Shown: in pieces, positions 12,749-32,032 of the stretch
Numbering within the stretch: position 1 is the first letter of the stretch
How the letters are laid out: the number at the start of each line of letters is the position of its first letter
From: the human T2T-CHM13v2.0 reference genome, Homo sapiens
DNA: 64,000 nucleotides
Assembly: GCF_009914755.1 (NCBI RefSeq)
Contig: NC_060925.1
Strand: one strand, 5' to 3'
Position numbers and translations under genes: made by a program
The notes under the pieces: model-generated
The model's database searches: none
Told to the model about the DNA's origin: nothing
Seen by the model: the letters and a program-made list of their open reading frames with translations, nothing else

Positions 12749-13754
12749 GCTGAGGGGTGAGGGTGGAGTGGGGGGATGTGGGAGCTGAGCTGAGGGATGA
12801 GGGTGCAGGCAGAGATCTGGGAGCTGAGCTAAGGGGTGAGGGTGGAGTAGGGGGACGCGGGGGCTGAGCTGAGGGGTGAGGGTGGAGTGGGGTGACGTGG
12901 AAGCTGAGCTGAGGGGTGGGGGTGGAGTGGGGTGACGTGGGAGCTGAGCTGAGGGGTGGGGGTGGAGTGGGGTGACGTGGAAGCTGAGCTGAGGGGTGGG
13001 GGTGGAGTGGGGTGACGTGTGAGCTGAGCTGAGGGGTGAGGGTGGAGTGGGGGGATGTGTGAGCTGAGCTGAGGGGTGGGGGTGGAGTGGGGGGTTGTGG
13101 AAGCTGAGCTGAGGGGTGGGGGTGGAGTGGGGGGACGTGTGAGCTGAGCTGAGGGGTGAGGGTGGAGTGGGGTGACGTGGAAGCTGAGCTGAGGGGTGGG
13201 GGTGGAGTGGGGTGACGTGGAAGCTGAGCTGAGGGGTGGGGGTGGAGTGGGGTGACGTGGGAGCTGAGCTGAGGGGTGGGGGTGGAGTGGGGTGACGTGG
13301 AAGCTGAGCTGAGGGGTGGGGGTGGAGTGGGGTGACGTGGGAGCTGAGCTGAGGGGTGAGGGTGGAGTGGGGGGTTGTGGGAGCTGAGCTGAGGGGTGAG
13401 GGTGGAGTGGGGTGACGTGGAAGCTGAGCTGAGGGGTGGGGGTGGAGTGGGGTGACGTGGAAGCTGAGCTGAGGGGTGGGGGTGGAGTGGGGTGACGTGG
13501 GAGCTGAGCTGAGGGGTGGGGGTGGAGTGGGGTGACGTGGAAGCTGAGCTGAGGGGTGGGGGTGGAGTGGGGTGACGTGGGAGCTGAGCTGAGGGGTGAG
13601 GGTGGAGTGGGGGGTTGTGGGAGCTGAGCTGAGGGGTGGGGGTGGAGTGGGGGGTTGTGGGAGCTGAGCTGAGGGGTGAGGGTGGAGTGGGGTGACGTGG
13701 AAGCTGAGCTGAGGGGTGAGGGTGGAGGCGGGGACGTGGCAGCCCAGCTGAGGG
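12749..13754 (+). repeat. 40-bp G-rich minisatellite (GAGCTGAGCTGAGGGGTGGGGGTGGAGTGGGGTGACGTGG), ~25 copies
   Basis: Direct sequence; exact 40-bp period across most of the array. Confidence 0.97.
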
Positions 13755-14151
13755 CCTTGGAGCACACCTGGTAGGAAGCCAGCCTGTGGACCTGGAGCCG
13801 ACTGAGGGTCCCCCCTACCCCCCATGAGTAGGAGTGGGATCCAACCTGGGTCCCCTCTCTCCCCTCCTGCTGGTGTATTTGTAGTTGGAAGGCAGCACAC
13901 CCTCCTGGCTCAGAGAGATGGGTTTAGTGGCCCGGGGAGGCACGGAAGCCCAGGTCTGTCTTTTCCCAGCGGTCACTGTGAGGATGCAGGGCCCCCACGT
14001 GGGGAGACAGGGCACAGCCTCCCATTGGGGCAGATGGGGGTCTCCCTGCCCAGGATGCCGGCCGGAGTTTCCCCTGGCAGGGACCACGGGTGCTGTGACT
14101 GGAGGGAGGTCCCAGGGCTGGCACCCTGGGGCTCTGTTCTGATGTTCTGAT

Positions 14152-14647
14152 CCATTCCACCCTCATCCCTCAGCTCAGCTCCCACATCCCCCCACTCCAC
14201 CCTCACCCCTCAATTCAGCTCCTACATTTCCCACTCCACCCTCACCCCTCAATTCAGCTCCTACATTTCCCACTCCACCCTCACCCCTCAATTCAGCTCC
14301 CACATTTCCCACTCCACCCTCACCCCTCAGCTCAGCTCCCACGTCCCCCCACTCCACCCCCACCCCTCAGCTCAGCTCCCACGTCCCCCCACTCCACCCT
14401 CACCCCTCAGCTCAGCTCCCACATCCCCCACTTCACCCCCACCCCTCAGCTCAGCTCCCACATTCCCCACTCCACCCTCACCCCTCAGCTCAGCTCCCAC
14501 ATCCCCCCACTCCACCCCCACCCCTCAGCTCAGCTCACACGTCCCCCACTTCACCCTCCACCCCTCAGCTCAGCTCCCACGTCCCCCACTTCACCCTCAC
14601 TCCTCAGCTCAGCTCCCACATTCCCCTACTCCACCCTCACCCCTCAG
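14152..14647 (-). repeat. Inverted copy of the same 39-40-bp minisatellite, ~12 copies
   Basis: CCCCTCAGCTCAGCTCCCAC...CCCCACTCCACCCTCA is the reverse complement of the left-array unit. Confidence 0.95.
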
Positions 14648-16233
14648 TGCTCTGTCAGAAGCGCTACCTGACCACATCCCTCCTCTGGGCTCTGAGTTCC
14701 CCTGTGCAAGTGGAACCAATCTTTCCCCTCAACTTCTTCCAAGGGCCGTGATTGAAACCCACCTAAAATACAATGATAAGAGCTGTTGTCGAGGGATCAG
14801 ACAGCAGCCTGTGTAAGATGAGCACTGGGTTCTGGGGAAGGACGGTAAACAGTTCGCCTTATTCTGTGCTGGGCACTGTGCTTAAGCCCAGCAGCGGGCC
14901 CTGGCTGGACTCAGTGTCCAGAGTGTCTCTGCTCAGGGCTGGCCGAGAGTCAGCGCTTTCTGTCCCTGTGGCGGACAGTCCGACCTCTCCGAGGCTGCCA
15001 TAGAGACTCATATCAGCCAGGCGAGCTGGGAGCGCCACCACTCCCCAGATAGTTACTGCCCGGGCCTCCCTGCCCAGTCACTGCATGGGGGGGGCTCAGC
15101 TCCTGGGTGTGAGTTTGTGCCAGGCTCCAGAGAGGTGGGGACCCCAGCCACACCCAGGGACAGGGCCAAGTGGCCAAGAGACCACTTAAATGCCAGCGTG
15201 GCCACCCCATGTAAAGCAATGATCTCTCTGAAATTGCTCATCTGGTATACACCAGGACACTGGCCTCTTCTTCCTTCTCCCATCCTGGGATTTAAGAAGT
15301 TAAAACCCACCCCCTCTGCCCAGGAAGCCGAGGCAGCAGCTTGGAGCCAGAGCCGGAGGCAGAGCGGCTCCATCCGTGGGGAGCCGCGCCACCTCTGCGC
15401 CTCCTCCGCGCCTCCTCCGCGCCTCCTCTGCGCCCCGCGCCGTGCTGAGTCAGGCTCTGAAACGCAGTCATCATCGGGAAGTGGTTCTTGCTGTGGCCCC
15501 ATCCCCCTGTGTGATTTTCCTACCTTGGCTCACTTAAAATTTCAATCTGGCTCTGAGAGGAGACTCAGCATTTCCTTTATCTCCTTTTACTGTGGATGCT
15601 TGGAAAGGAGTGGGAGAAGCTGGGCGCCGCAGTGTGTGCGCGTCACTGTTGCCCTTACCCCCGAAGGAGGGGATGGCCAAGAGAACCTGGAACCTCCCCT
15701 CCCGTCCCTGTGCCCGCCGCTTCCCTTGGCCCTCACTGATGAGCCCAACAGATGCAGAGGCTCCTTCTCTCCCTGGCACTGCAGCCAGGTAGAGGCAGCT
15801 GCAGCCGCAGCCCTGAGAGGGGCTGGAGACGCTGAGGCAGGGGCAGTGGTGGGGTCTGGCTCCCCTCAGTTCAAAGTGGCCTGCAGATGCTGCCTGGAGC
15901 TGTCTGGTTTGACATGGCTCCCTCTGAGGGAGCTGATGAGTGAGGGCCAGGAGCACTACTTCATCAGGCATCCCCTCACCTGCACCAATGGGGAGGCGAA
16001 CCTGGAGCTGGGCCATTAAGACCCACAGATTGTTTTCTCCATGTTGCGAAGGGCAGGGCTTGGATTTCACGAGGCAGATGGTGAGCCAAGTCCGGTTCCG
16101 CTGCGCTGGGTCCCCCATGGCAGAAAGGACCCGCCCCCCCATCACCCTGACAGTGGCTTGCATGCCCAAGAGCAGCCAGCACCCAGGACAGGCTTCCCTC
16201 GTTCCTCTGTTCATCCTCTTTAAGAATCACTCA

Positions 16234-16578
<345 letters not shown>

Positions 16579-17735
16579 TCAACAGAACTGCAGCAGATGA
16601 TGAAAACAAGGCTGTGATCAGGGAAGTGGCTGAGGGAGTGAGGCCCCCGAACCACCACCCCAGAGCTCTGTCCCAGGCCCCTGGGGTCTCATGCTGTGAC
16701 CTCCTGCGCCACATGGGGAGAGGTCACCTGGGGGACTTGTTTCCATGGGAACCTCAGGCCTTGGGCCTGAGTGAGGAGATGTCTGAAGCCTCTGGCCTGG
16801 GCCGAGAGTGAGACCCCAGAGCAGCCCTGCCCATTCCTCTGGGAGCAGCCTCAGTGAAAGCTGTAAAGCAGGGAAATTGGACACGTCCAGGCCAGAAAGA
16901 GCAAAGCAAAAGTGCCCCTGGGTGCACTGCACCCCACAGTCCAACCCTTCTCCCCCAGGAGCTGCAGGCCACGCTCTGAGCCTCTGTTTGAAGTGGTCCC
17001 TGACTGGACATTCTCATCTCGGGACATGAGCTAGGGTCACCCAGCACCACTATGCAGCTCTCCAAGTCCCCCTGGCCACCCCGCCCTCTGTAGGGGTGCT
17101 GGGCCTTGCTCTGCACCTATCCCTTGGAGTATCTGCTTTCCAGAGCGGCAGGAGGCCCGCCTGGTATGCCCATGGGGGCATCCACCTGTGCAGAGTGTGG
17201 CCTCTCCCCAGCAGATCGCTGGGTACATGAGCAGGCAGCAGACCATAAGCAGGCTGGCTAACGGGTGGAGGGGGCCCGGTGGTGTCCGTGTGCGTGTATG
17301 TGTGCACACGTGTGCATATGTGTATGCACACACCTGCACACACACCTTCAGATGCACGTCCCCTGTCTAGACCCCATCAAAGCCTCTTGCCAGGACTGGC
17401 CTGGAACACACTGTCCAGCCTGATTCTGTTCTCTCCCTGGCTTCTCTTGATCAACTTCCTGTAATGGGAGGAACTCTGACACACTTCACAAAAGGGTGTC
17501 AAATTAGTTTTAAAGGGAAAAAGAACTGCAGCATGATCTGGAATTCGCTTTCTGCCCTGCGGTTCCACTGTGAAGGCAACACGCCTTCGAGGAGTTGGGG
17601 GATGAGGCAGTGGGGCCCTGTGAGGCCCTGCGGTTTCTATCGGAGTGCTCTCTGACCCCCGGTGTTCCCTCTCTGTCTCTCTATGTCTTTAGCAGGTGTT
17701 TCCCACACTTTAGTCATTGGCCTTTCATCTCATGA

Positions 17736-18110
<375 letters not shown>

Positions 18111-18208
18111 TAGTTAAACTTATTTCTTAAATAAGCTTATTTTAAACTGAAACTTGATGTCCCTGCAATAAAGAACCAGCATTACTTGTCATCAATAAAA
18201 GGTAACTG

Positions 18209-18340
18209 GAGGCAGGCATGGTGGCTCACACCTGTAGTCCCATCTGCTTTCGAGGCTGAGGCAGGAGGATCTCTTGAACCCGAGAGTTCAAGTTCAACCT
18301 GGGCAACATAGCAAGACCTCCGGCCCTTAAAAAAATAAAA
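18209..18340 (+). mobile_element. FLAM/Alu left monomer
   Basis: GGCAGGCATGGTGGCTCACACCTGTA...; flanking repeat GTAACTGGA. Confidence 0.85.
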
Positions 18341-19114
18341 AGTAACTGGAAAAATAAGTGGATCAATATTAACTTCAAGGCCTGTCTCAAGTGTGGCCAA
18401 GGCTGTCTCAAGGCAGCACAGGCCTTGCTCTGAACAGCCCTGGATGAGCCACAGCTGTGTCTGGGGATTGAAGAGAGTGCCCCTGGCCCCTCCCTGCTCC
18501 GGTCACCCCCAGTTCCTTTAGTTCACAGCCCTCCATGTTGTCAAGGGCTGAGGAGTCCCTCCTCGTCCCTGCTCAGGTGAACACAGGAAATGGGGAAGCC
18601 CAGGGTGGGGTGGGCCGCCCCATCTTCCCCTTAGCTGATGGGCAGGCTGGATGGGCAGGGAGGGTCTTTCCTGGGAAGGTAGTGGCCCGGGAGCTGGGCT
18701 GGCCCTCGAGTGTTGAAGATTTAACTTGAAAGCCATGAGGGCGCTCTTCCCCAGAAATCATCGTGGAAGCGGCGAATGAGTGGCAGGAGGTGCATGGAGA
18801 GTCCTGGCTCTGCAGGCGAGCAGCCTGCCCCAGCTCTTTCCTCCTTAAAATTGTGTGACTTTAGCCACATCATTTAGAAGACACAGATGATAGAGGTGGT
18901 AGAAATGGAAAGTGCAACTCTCTACCTGCTGTTGCCCACCACCAGGACGACCACTGCAAATAGTGTGGGTGACCCGTTCAGACCTGGGACTCAGCCACAC
19001 ATTGGCCCCTGAGGCAGATGAAGTCCCCAGCAGATGGGGAGATGCAGCATTGCTCTGAGGGAGCAGCAGGAGTGAGGACAGGAGCTGCCACGTGCACAGG
19101 AGCAGGAGGGAAAC

Positions 19115-19410
19115 AGGCAGGCAGCTGTGCCCAGGGCCAAGTGTGCAGGAGGCGAGGCAGGCAGCTGTGCCCAGGGCCAGGTGTGCGGGAGACAGGCAGG
19201 CGGCTGTGCCCAGGGCCAAGTGTGCGGGAGACAGGCAGGCGGCTGTGCCCAGGGCCAGGTGTGCGGGAGGCGAGGCAGGCAGCTGTGCCCAGGGCCAGGT
19301 GTGCGGGAGGCGAGGCAGGCAGCTGTGCCCAGGGCCAGGTGTGTGGGAGAGAGGCAGGCACGTGTGCCCAGGGCCAGGTGTGCAGGAGGAGAGGCAGGCA
19401 GATGTGCAGG
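19115..19410. repeat. 39-40-bp minisatellite (AGGCAGGCAGCTGTGCCCAGGGCCAGGTGTGCGGGAGGCG), ~7.5 copies
   Basis: Direct sequence. Confidence 0.93.
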
Positions 19411-19854
19411 GGCAGAGGGGGTTGAAGGATGGAAAGGTAGACAGGAGAGGCTGTGAATGGCTCTGGATGCCGAGCTGAGGCACTTGGACGTCATGCTGAC
19501 AGCCCTGGACCTCCACGAAGGGCTTTTGAGAAAAGCATGGCATGAAAAGATCTGCTGTTGAGAAATAGAAACGGGGCTCTGGTGGCAGGTTGACAACCAT
19601 GGTCCAGGCAGGAGCTTCCAAGGCAAGTGGTGGAGGTGGGCGAGAGGGAGAGTTCCAGGGATATCCGCGTGGATGGAGCCAACACCTGGAGCCCAGGGCA
19701 GGGGGGTGGGCTGAAGGGGCACCTGTGGGGCCCTTGCCTGTGGAGGTGAGAACTGCAGCTTGGAGAGCAGCAGAATTGCCCCCCGGAAGGTTGCTAGGGG
19801 AAGATTCCCAGAGAAGCTGAAAGCAGTAGTGCTCAGAGGACAATGAGCTGGCCT

Positions 19855-20480
19855 AGGATGGTGGAGGTGGAGGTGATGAAGGCAGAGGGGGCAGAGGCCA
19901 TGGTGGTGGTAGAGGTGGAGGTGATGGAGGTGAAGGTGGAGGTGGTGGGTGGAGGTGATGAAGGTGGAGGTGATGAAGGTGGAGGTGATGAAAGTAGAGA
20001 TGATGGGTGGAGGTGATGAAGGTGGAGGTGACGGGTGGACGTGGAGGTGATGAAGGTGGAGGTGGTGGGTGGAGGTGGAGATGGAGGTAATGGTGGAGGT
20101 GATGAAGGCGGAGGTGATGGGTGGAGGTGGAGGTGATGAAGGCGGAGGTGGTGGGTGGAGGTGGAGATGGAGGCAGTGGTGGAGGTGATGAAGGCGGAGG
20201 TGGTGGGTGGAGGTGGAGATGGAGGTAGTGGTGGAGGTGATGAAGGCGGAGGTGGAGGTGATGAAGGCGGAGGTGGTGGGTGGAGGTGGAGATGGAGGTT
20301 GTGGTGGAGGTGATGAAGGTGGAGGTGGAGATGGAGGTAGTGGTGGAGGTGATGAAGGTGGAGAGGGTAGAGGTCATGGTGGAGGTGATGGGGGAGGAGG
20401 AGGTGATGGTGACAGAGATAGAGATGATTGAGATGGAGGGGCAGAGATCATGGTAGAGGTGGAGGTGACAGCAGTGGTGG
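19855..20480. repeat. GGT/GGA/GAT triplet-based low-complexity repeat (GGTGGAGGTGATGAA units)
   Basis: Direct sequence. Confidence 0.92.
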
Positions 20481-22500
20481 TCGTGAGCTGTGTGTGTGTT
20501 TCTGTGCAGGTGCTCACCCATGCACGCATGCCCATGAGATGCCTGGCTCTCCACACACGCCCTGTGAGCCAGGCATCCTCTCGGTCAGGGATATAAGCCT
20601 GGGCCTGTGCAGGCTGCCCTCTCCCACTGTGGATCCCCTTGGAGGAGACTGCTGCAGCTGCAGGGCACCCTCTGTCGCCCTAAGAGGAGCAGCAGAACAT
20701 GACCTCCCATCGCTCCACTTCCCACTGCTCTGCTTGGCTTCAGCCTCATGCTGGCATCTGTGTTATCTATAAGCAGAAAGCTGCTTGTTCAGAGCGGGCT
20801 GAGACACCTTCGTGCGTTCATCAAAAGCGTGCTGGGCACCAATGAGGTGTCAGTTCCTGTTCCGGGCATGAGGGATTCAGCAGGAAACGAGACAGACCCA
20901 CCCCCTGCCCTCAGTGTCCCGCTGGGGCCAGTCAGGTGAACAGTCACACAGGCTGGGGTAGGCGCTTGGCAGAAGACACACTTGTGACGCTCAGAGCTCT
21001 CTGGAGCAGCCTCTCCGAAGAGATGAAATTTGAGCAGGAACCCCAAGGAACAGCATCCCAGGTAGAGGGATCTGAGTCTGCAAAGGCCCTGGGCACAAAA
21101 GAAACAACCACCCAATCCAGGGCTGGGGAAGAGCCCTGTCAGAGGACAGCACCAGCCTCCCCACGTGGATGCCCGACCAGCATCTGAGGCCAGACACAGC
21201 CGCCACTGGCTCCAGGGCTCCCCCACACCACTGCACCCACAACTCCCCTGTTTCAGAAACTGACCACTCACCTCTGGAAACCCAGGAGCCACCTGCACCC
21301 CTGTCTTCCCCCTACACCCCGCATCTGTCCGAAGACCCTGCGGTCTCAGCCTCTTGGATTGCCAGCCACTGGTCACCTCTGTCTCCCCGCCCTTGCCCAG
21401 GTGGCCCCAGCTCACACCTGCATTGCCTCGGAGACTCCTGACGACACCCACCCCCTGCTGCTGCCCGGGCCCCCCCAGCAGTCGGTTCTCAGTGATCTTG
21501 AGAAGCACCACTCAGCTCACCCTACGAGGAGGCCTTTGGCTGTTCCCGTATTTGTCTCTGGACTTCTCTGCTGGCCATAGAACAAGACTGTGCTTTAGAG
21601 GGTGGACTCCCAGAACTGCCACTCACCAGGTGACCAAGGCAGGCCAGCTTTACCTCTCCAAGCCTCAGTTTTCTCAGCTGTCATTTGTGCCTAAAACATA
21701 GTACTAACCTCATAGGATTATGGGGCAAAAATTACGCTGAATGAACGCACGGGAAAGCCCTTATCCCGAGGCCTCATTCAGACTGCACTGGGTCGCCAGC
21801 AGCTCTGACATCGCTGCCCACACATTAATACAGCCCAGGGCTGCTGCTCAGATGGGTGTCCTTCTCCTGCACCCACTGTACTGGGAGGGCACTTCCTGGA
21901 TGTCCCTGGACCCCCGCCATCCAATGTCCAGCTTCAGCGTAGGACTTGGTGTCCGCAAGAATGAGGCCCACATCCAGGAGCAGGCCAGTTTCACGTGAAG
22001 CCCAGGGCTGAAGCCAGAGGCCACGCAGCACCACGTCGGACAGTGTTTATCTGTGCTAATCATGAAGTAACACAAGTGAGGTTTAAAAATACTACGCTTA
22101 TTTCATTTCAGTGCAGGAGGGAGAAAGAACACACAGTCTGTATGAGCAACTCAAATCAAAAATAAATGAGGCAAAAGAGTCACCAAAAATAGTGTGGCAT
22201 TAGAGACAGCAGCCTGCGTGGCTCGGCCAGCTGTCCTCGGCTCTCTGCCGGCAAGCAGCACCACAGAGAGGGCTGCGAGGATGCCTTGATGGTGTTTACT
22301 CCAGAGAAGATGAACCTGATGCCTGCGATCTGATGAGAAGTCACAGTTACCAGCAGGGAAGGTAGCACTGAGGGGACACACAGGGCACCCAAAGGTCTCT
22401 GGCATCCTCTCCTCCTCCCGTCACCCTCGCCAGGCAGTGAGGTCAGAGGCTAGGCTCGCAGGCAGCATGGGAACCACTTGGCCAGAAGTTTCCTCTTTGA

Positions 22501-22983
<483 letters not shown>

Positions 22984-23005
22984 TCACCTTCCTTTTTTAA
23001 TGTGT

Positions 23006-23215
23006 CAGAGGTCTGCAAATTATGGCCCAGGGGCCAGATCAGGCCCACCGTTTGTTTTTGTAAATAAGGTTTTATTGGAACACAGCCACGCCCTTCATTT
23101 ACATATTTGCTGCTTTTGCACTCAGAGTTGAGTAATCGTAATCGAGATGGACTGGCCCGAAATGCCTAAAATATTTACTGTCTGTCCCATTGCTGCAAAA
23201 GTTTGCCCTTCCCTG
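23006..23215 (-). mobile_element. MER58A-like hAT-Charlie DNA transposon
   Basis: TTTTTGTAAATAAGGTTTTATTGGAACACAGCCAC signature and CAG...CCTG termini. Confidence 0.75.
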
Positions 23216-23329
23216 CCATAGCTGCGTAAGCACCCTGGGGAAGCGTCCTGTCCGCTGAAGACAGCTCCAGTGTCGATGGGGCTTGGGTCAGTGTTGGGTT
23301 TGCTATGCTAATATTGATTTGGAGCTTTA

Positions 23330-23655
23330 GAGATTTTTGGTTGATTGGTTGGTTGGTTGGTTTTTGGGGGTTTTTTGAGACAGGATCTCGATCTGTCACC
23401 CAGGTTGGAGTGCAGTGTCGCAGTCATGGCCCAGTGCAGCCTCCACCTCCCCGGGCTCAAGTGATCCTCCCACTCAGCCTCCCAAGTAGCTGGGACCACA
23501 GGCATGCGCCACCACACCTGGCTAATTTTTGTATTTTTTTGTAGAGACGGGGTTTTACCATGTTGCCCAGACTGGTCTGGAACTCCTGGGCTCAATCTGC
23601 CCACCTCGGCCTCCCAAAGTGTTAGGATTACAGGTGTGAGCCATCACACCCAGCC
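23330..23655 (-). mobile_element. AluJ
   Basis: Reverse-complement Alu with J-type GGGCTCAAGTGATCCTCCCA. Confidence 0.9.
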
Positions 23656-24915
23656 CCTAGAGATGTTTTTATTTAAAAAAGAAAGGAGATTCTGCAATAA
23701 TGAGGTTTCTCTGATGCAAGGAACATCTTTTGTCCAGAGACATTTAGTCACTCGATGGGCCTCAAACCCCACCGTAAAGGAAGCACTACATTCCAGCCAC
23801 CAGCACCCACCTGCTGCCTGCTGCCTGCTGACAGCTTCAGCTTTCAGAGCGAAGGAGGCTTCCCACGGACTCCCAGGGGCCAAGCAGGGTCCCCCAGACC
23901 ACCCTGCTGGGCCACCCTCCAACATCTCCGAGTGAGGGGTGGGTGGGACTCCACAGGCCAGGGCTCAGGGAGGACCTCGCTCCTGGCGGGTCCTTTCCTG
24001 GGATGCACTGACGTCCCTTGGCTCTTCCCCAGCTTCCATGAGTCACAATGGAGCTATTTAAACCTGGGGCTGTGAGAACATGTCAATGTGTCCACCCCCT
24101 TGAGACCACAGGGCTTTCAAGACAGAGCATCCTTTCAATAGACCGTGGAGCCAAGTACTGAATTTGATGAGGCGTTTTCACGAGGCCTGTGTGAAACACT
24201 TAAAAATTGTGCATAACATGTGACTGGACAGGCGTCTACCAGAAAACAGTGCAAGGAGCTTTTAAGCCATGAGGTTTGCATCTGTAGGAAGGCTTTGGGG
24301 TGCTGCTCACACGCGGTGTGACTCGGGCGGGGCAGGCAGTAGACGGCAGCGGTGACACTGCAGTGACGCTATGGAGCATGGACACTAATACGTCCCACTG
24401 GACTTCTGCGTGAGCCCCAGACAGGAGCTTGACCAGCGTCAACTGGACCTGCTGCATCTGATCCTCTCCCAGAGTGAGGTTTTGAACAGAGATGGGCAGA
24501 ACACCACTAATCACACCGCTGCTGAAATAGGTCTGCCTTCTGGGTACCGGTTATGAAAGCGGATTTGTGTGTCACATCCCCAGGAGAGGAGGTTATGGTC
24601 TCACAAGAGGAAAACCCAGCAGAATCCCAGAGTTGGCTGGAAAGTCAACAAACCGCCTAAAACTCACCCACAAAATACCGTGACCAGGAGTATGCATGGA
24701 GACAGTGCCGAGCTCCGTACAGGCCGTCTGACTTCAGTGAGACCCCCTCCCCACCAAGACAGAGGAAAAGTCCTAGACTCAGGCCCACAAGGATGGGCAA
24801 ATAGGGCTGGGGACGCAGGGTGCGTAGAGCAGAGGTGTAGATTCTGCAAGGGTGTGTGCAAAGCAGATAGGGGAGCACAGGTGTCTGCAGGGGAAGCATG
24901 GCCTTCTTATTGAGC

Positions 24916-25505
<590 letters not shown>

Positions 25506-25552
25506 GGCGTGGCCTAAAAGGCTGTGTTCCTGGAGGAGATGTTGTCCTGGAA

Positions 25553-27045
<1,493 letters not shown>

Positions 27046-28309
27046 TCCTACAGCAAGGAGGGAAGCCGTCACACTGCACTCTCTGCTGGCCAGCCGGTGT
27101 GCAGTGTTGCTCAGGTTCTGGGTGCCTCTGTCATTTAGGAAGGAATCAGCACCATTAAAAGAGAGTGGCAGGGTGCTGATGTTCCAGAGAGAAACTGTGC
27201 CGAATGATGGCTAATTAAGGCTCTGGAGTTGGGCACTGGAGCACCGGACTCCCTGCTCTCCAAAGCCCAGCTTGCCAGCCTCGACCTGAGCGTCTTCACT
27301 GATACAGCACCAACCCGAGGCTGGCCTGTAAGGTTTGGCGAGGGTCCAGTGTCACAGCCCACGTGCAGCACGTGCTGCACAGTGTCGGCCAAAATTATAT
27401 TCATGGCTTAAGTCAGAAACCTTGTGTGGAAGGAGGGAAAGAAGCAAGGTTTGCTCTCAAGAACAAAGGGCCCGGTTGTAGATGGGGTGAGCTATGGCAG
27501 GTGTCCTCAGATGCTCCAGGGATTGTCCTAGACAGAGGGACTCACTTCGTTGTCAATCTCCGGAGGGCGGAGCAGGCCCAGCAGGTGAAAGTTATGAGGA
27601 AGCTGGTTTCCAATCAGCATGCAAAGGACCATGTTGTCATTTCAGTTGTCCCCAGTGGGATGATCTGCCTAGAGTTTCCCACAGGTGGAGGTCTTGCGGA
27701 GGGGGGTCATGCATCCCCCGGAGCCCTGTACCTGGGGTCCCGTCTCTGCATGCTCGGAGGCTTCACGACATGTAAACCTAGTTATCTTGGTAACACTTGG
27801 GGGATGTGCCCCCTCCCCACAGTCCTGGCCCAGAGGAATGAAGTTACATCAAAGCAAATTGATTCGGTCGTTGATCCTTATGTTGTAGAAATAGCTAGAA
27901 GCTATAAGGAGAACCACTGTGAGGTCCCCATTAAAGGAGAAGAATTTTGGTGGTCCCCAGACAGGGCTGGCTCGGGATCTCGTTCTGTGGTCAGGACCAC
28001 CTGCTGCAGTACAGCCTCCCACCTCAGCCTCTCAGACTGCCACCTTCTGCCCCCAATCCAGCCTGAGATGCCCCCAGCACCACCCCTGCTGAAAACAGAA
28101 GCAGAACCTGATACTCAGCCTCTTCCATGACAAGAACACACCAGGATCGCGTCCCTTTCCAAGCAGAATTTTCCCGAAGCCCCACCCTCCTGGACTCGGG
28201 TTATGGACCGCCACAGGCCACCCCAGCTGGAAGAAAATTCAGGAAATATAGGGGTCATGGGTGACAGGTGGGCCAGCCAGCAACCGTATCTACCACATTT
28301 TTAAAATTT

Positions 28310-28984
<675 letters not shown>

Positions 28985-29049
28985 TAAACACATACACCCA
29001 AATGTGGAGCTGCTGTTGACTCCATGATGCAGAAGTTTCTTTTTCTTTT

Positions 29050-32032
<2,983 letters not shown>

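Noticed and set aside
12530-13900. 456-aa and 312-aa minus-strand ORFs
   Set aside because: Translations of the stop-free 40-bp minisatellite; no splice or homology support.
12749-14647. CRISPR-like or phase-variation interpretation of the tandem arrays (also 29116-30198 and 33490-33664)
   Set aside because: No unique spacers between units, no cas or recombinase gene, and the DNA is primate.
15117-16019. 300-aa ORF
   Set aside because: Starts at a non-ATG codon, no recognisable domain, expected by chance in GC-rich DNA.
17280-17346. TG-then-CA self-complementary stretch as a possible pre-miRNA
   Set aside because: Simple-repeat complementarity only.
18845-20554. 332-, 243- and 233-aa minus-strand ORFs
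   Set aside because: Derived from the 40-bp minisatellite and triplet low-complexity sequence.
27363-28130. 255-aa ORF
   Set aside because: GTG start, no recognisable family. A tBLASTn/PhyloCSF hit would be needed to reconsider.
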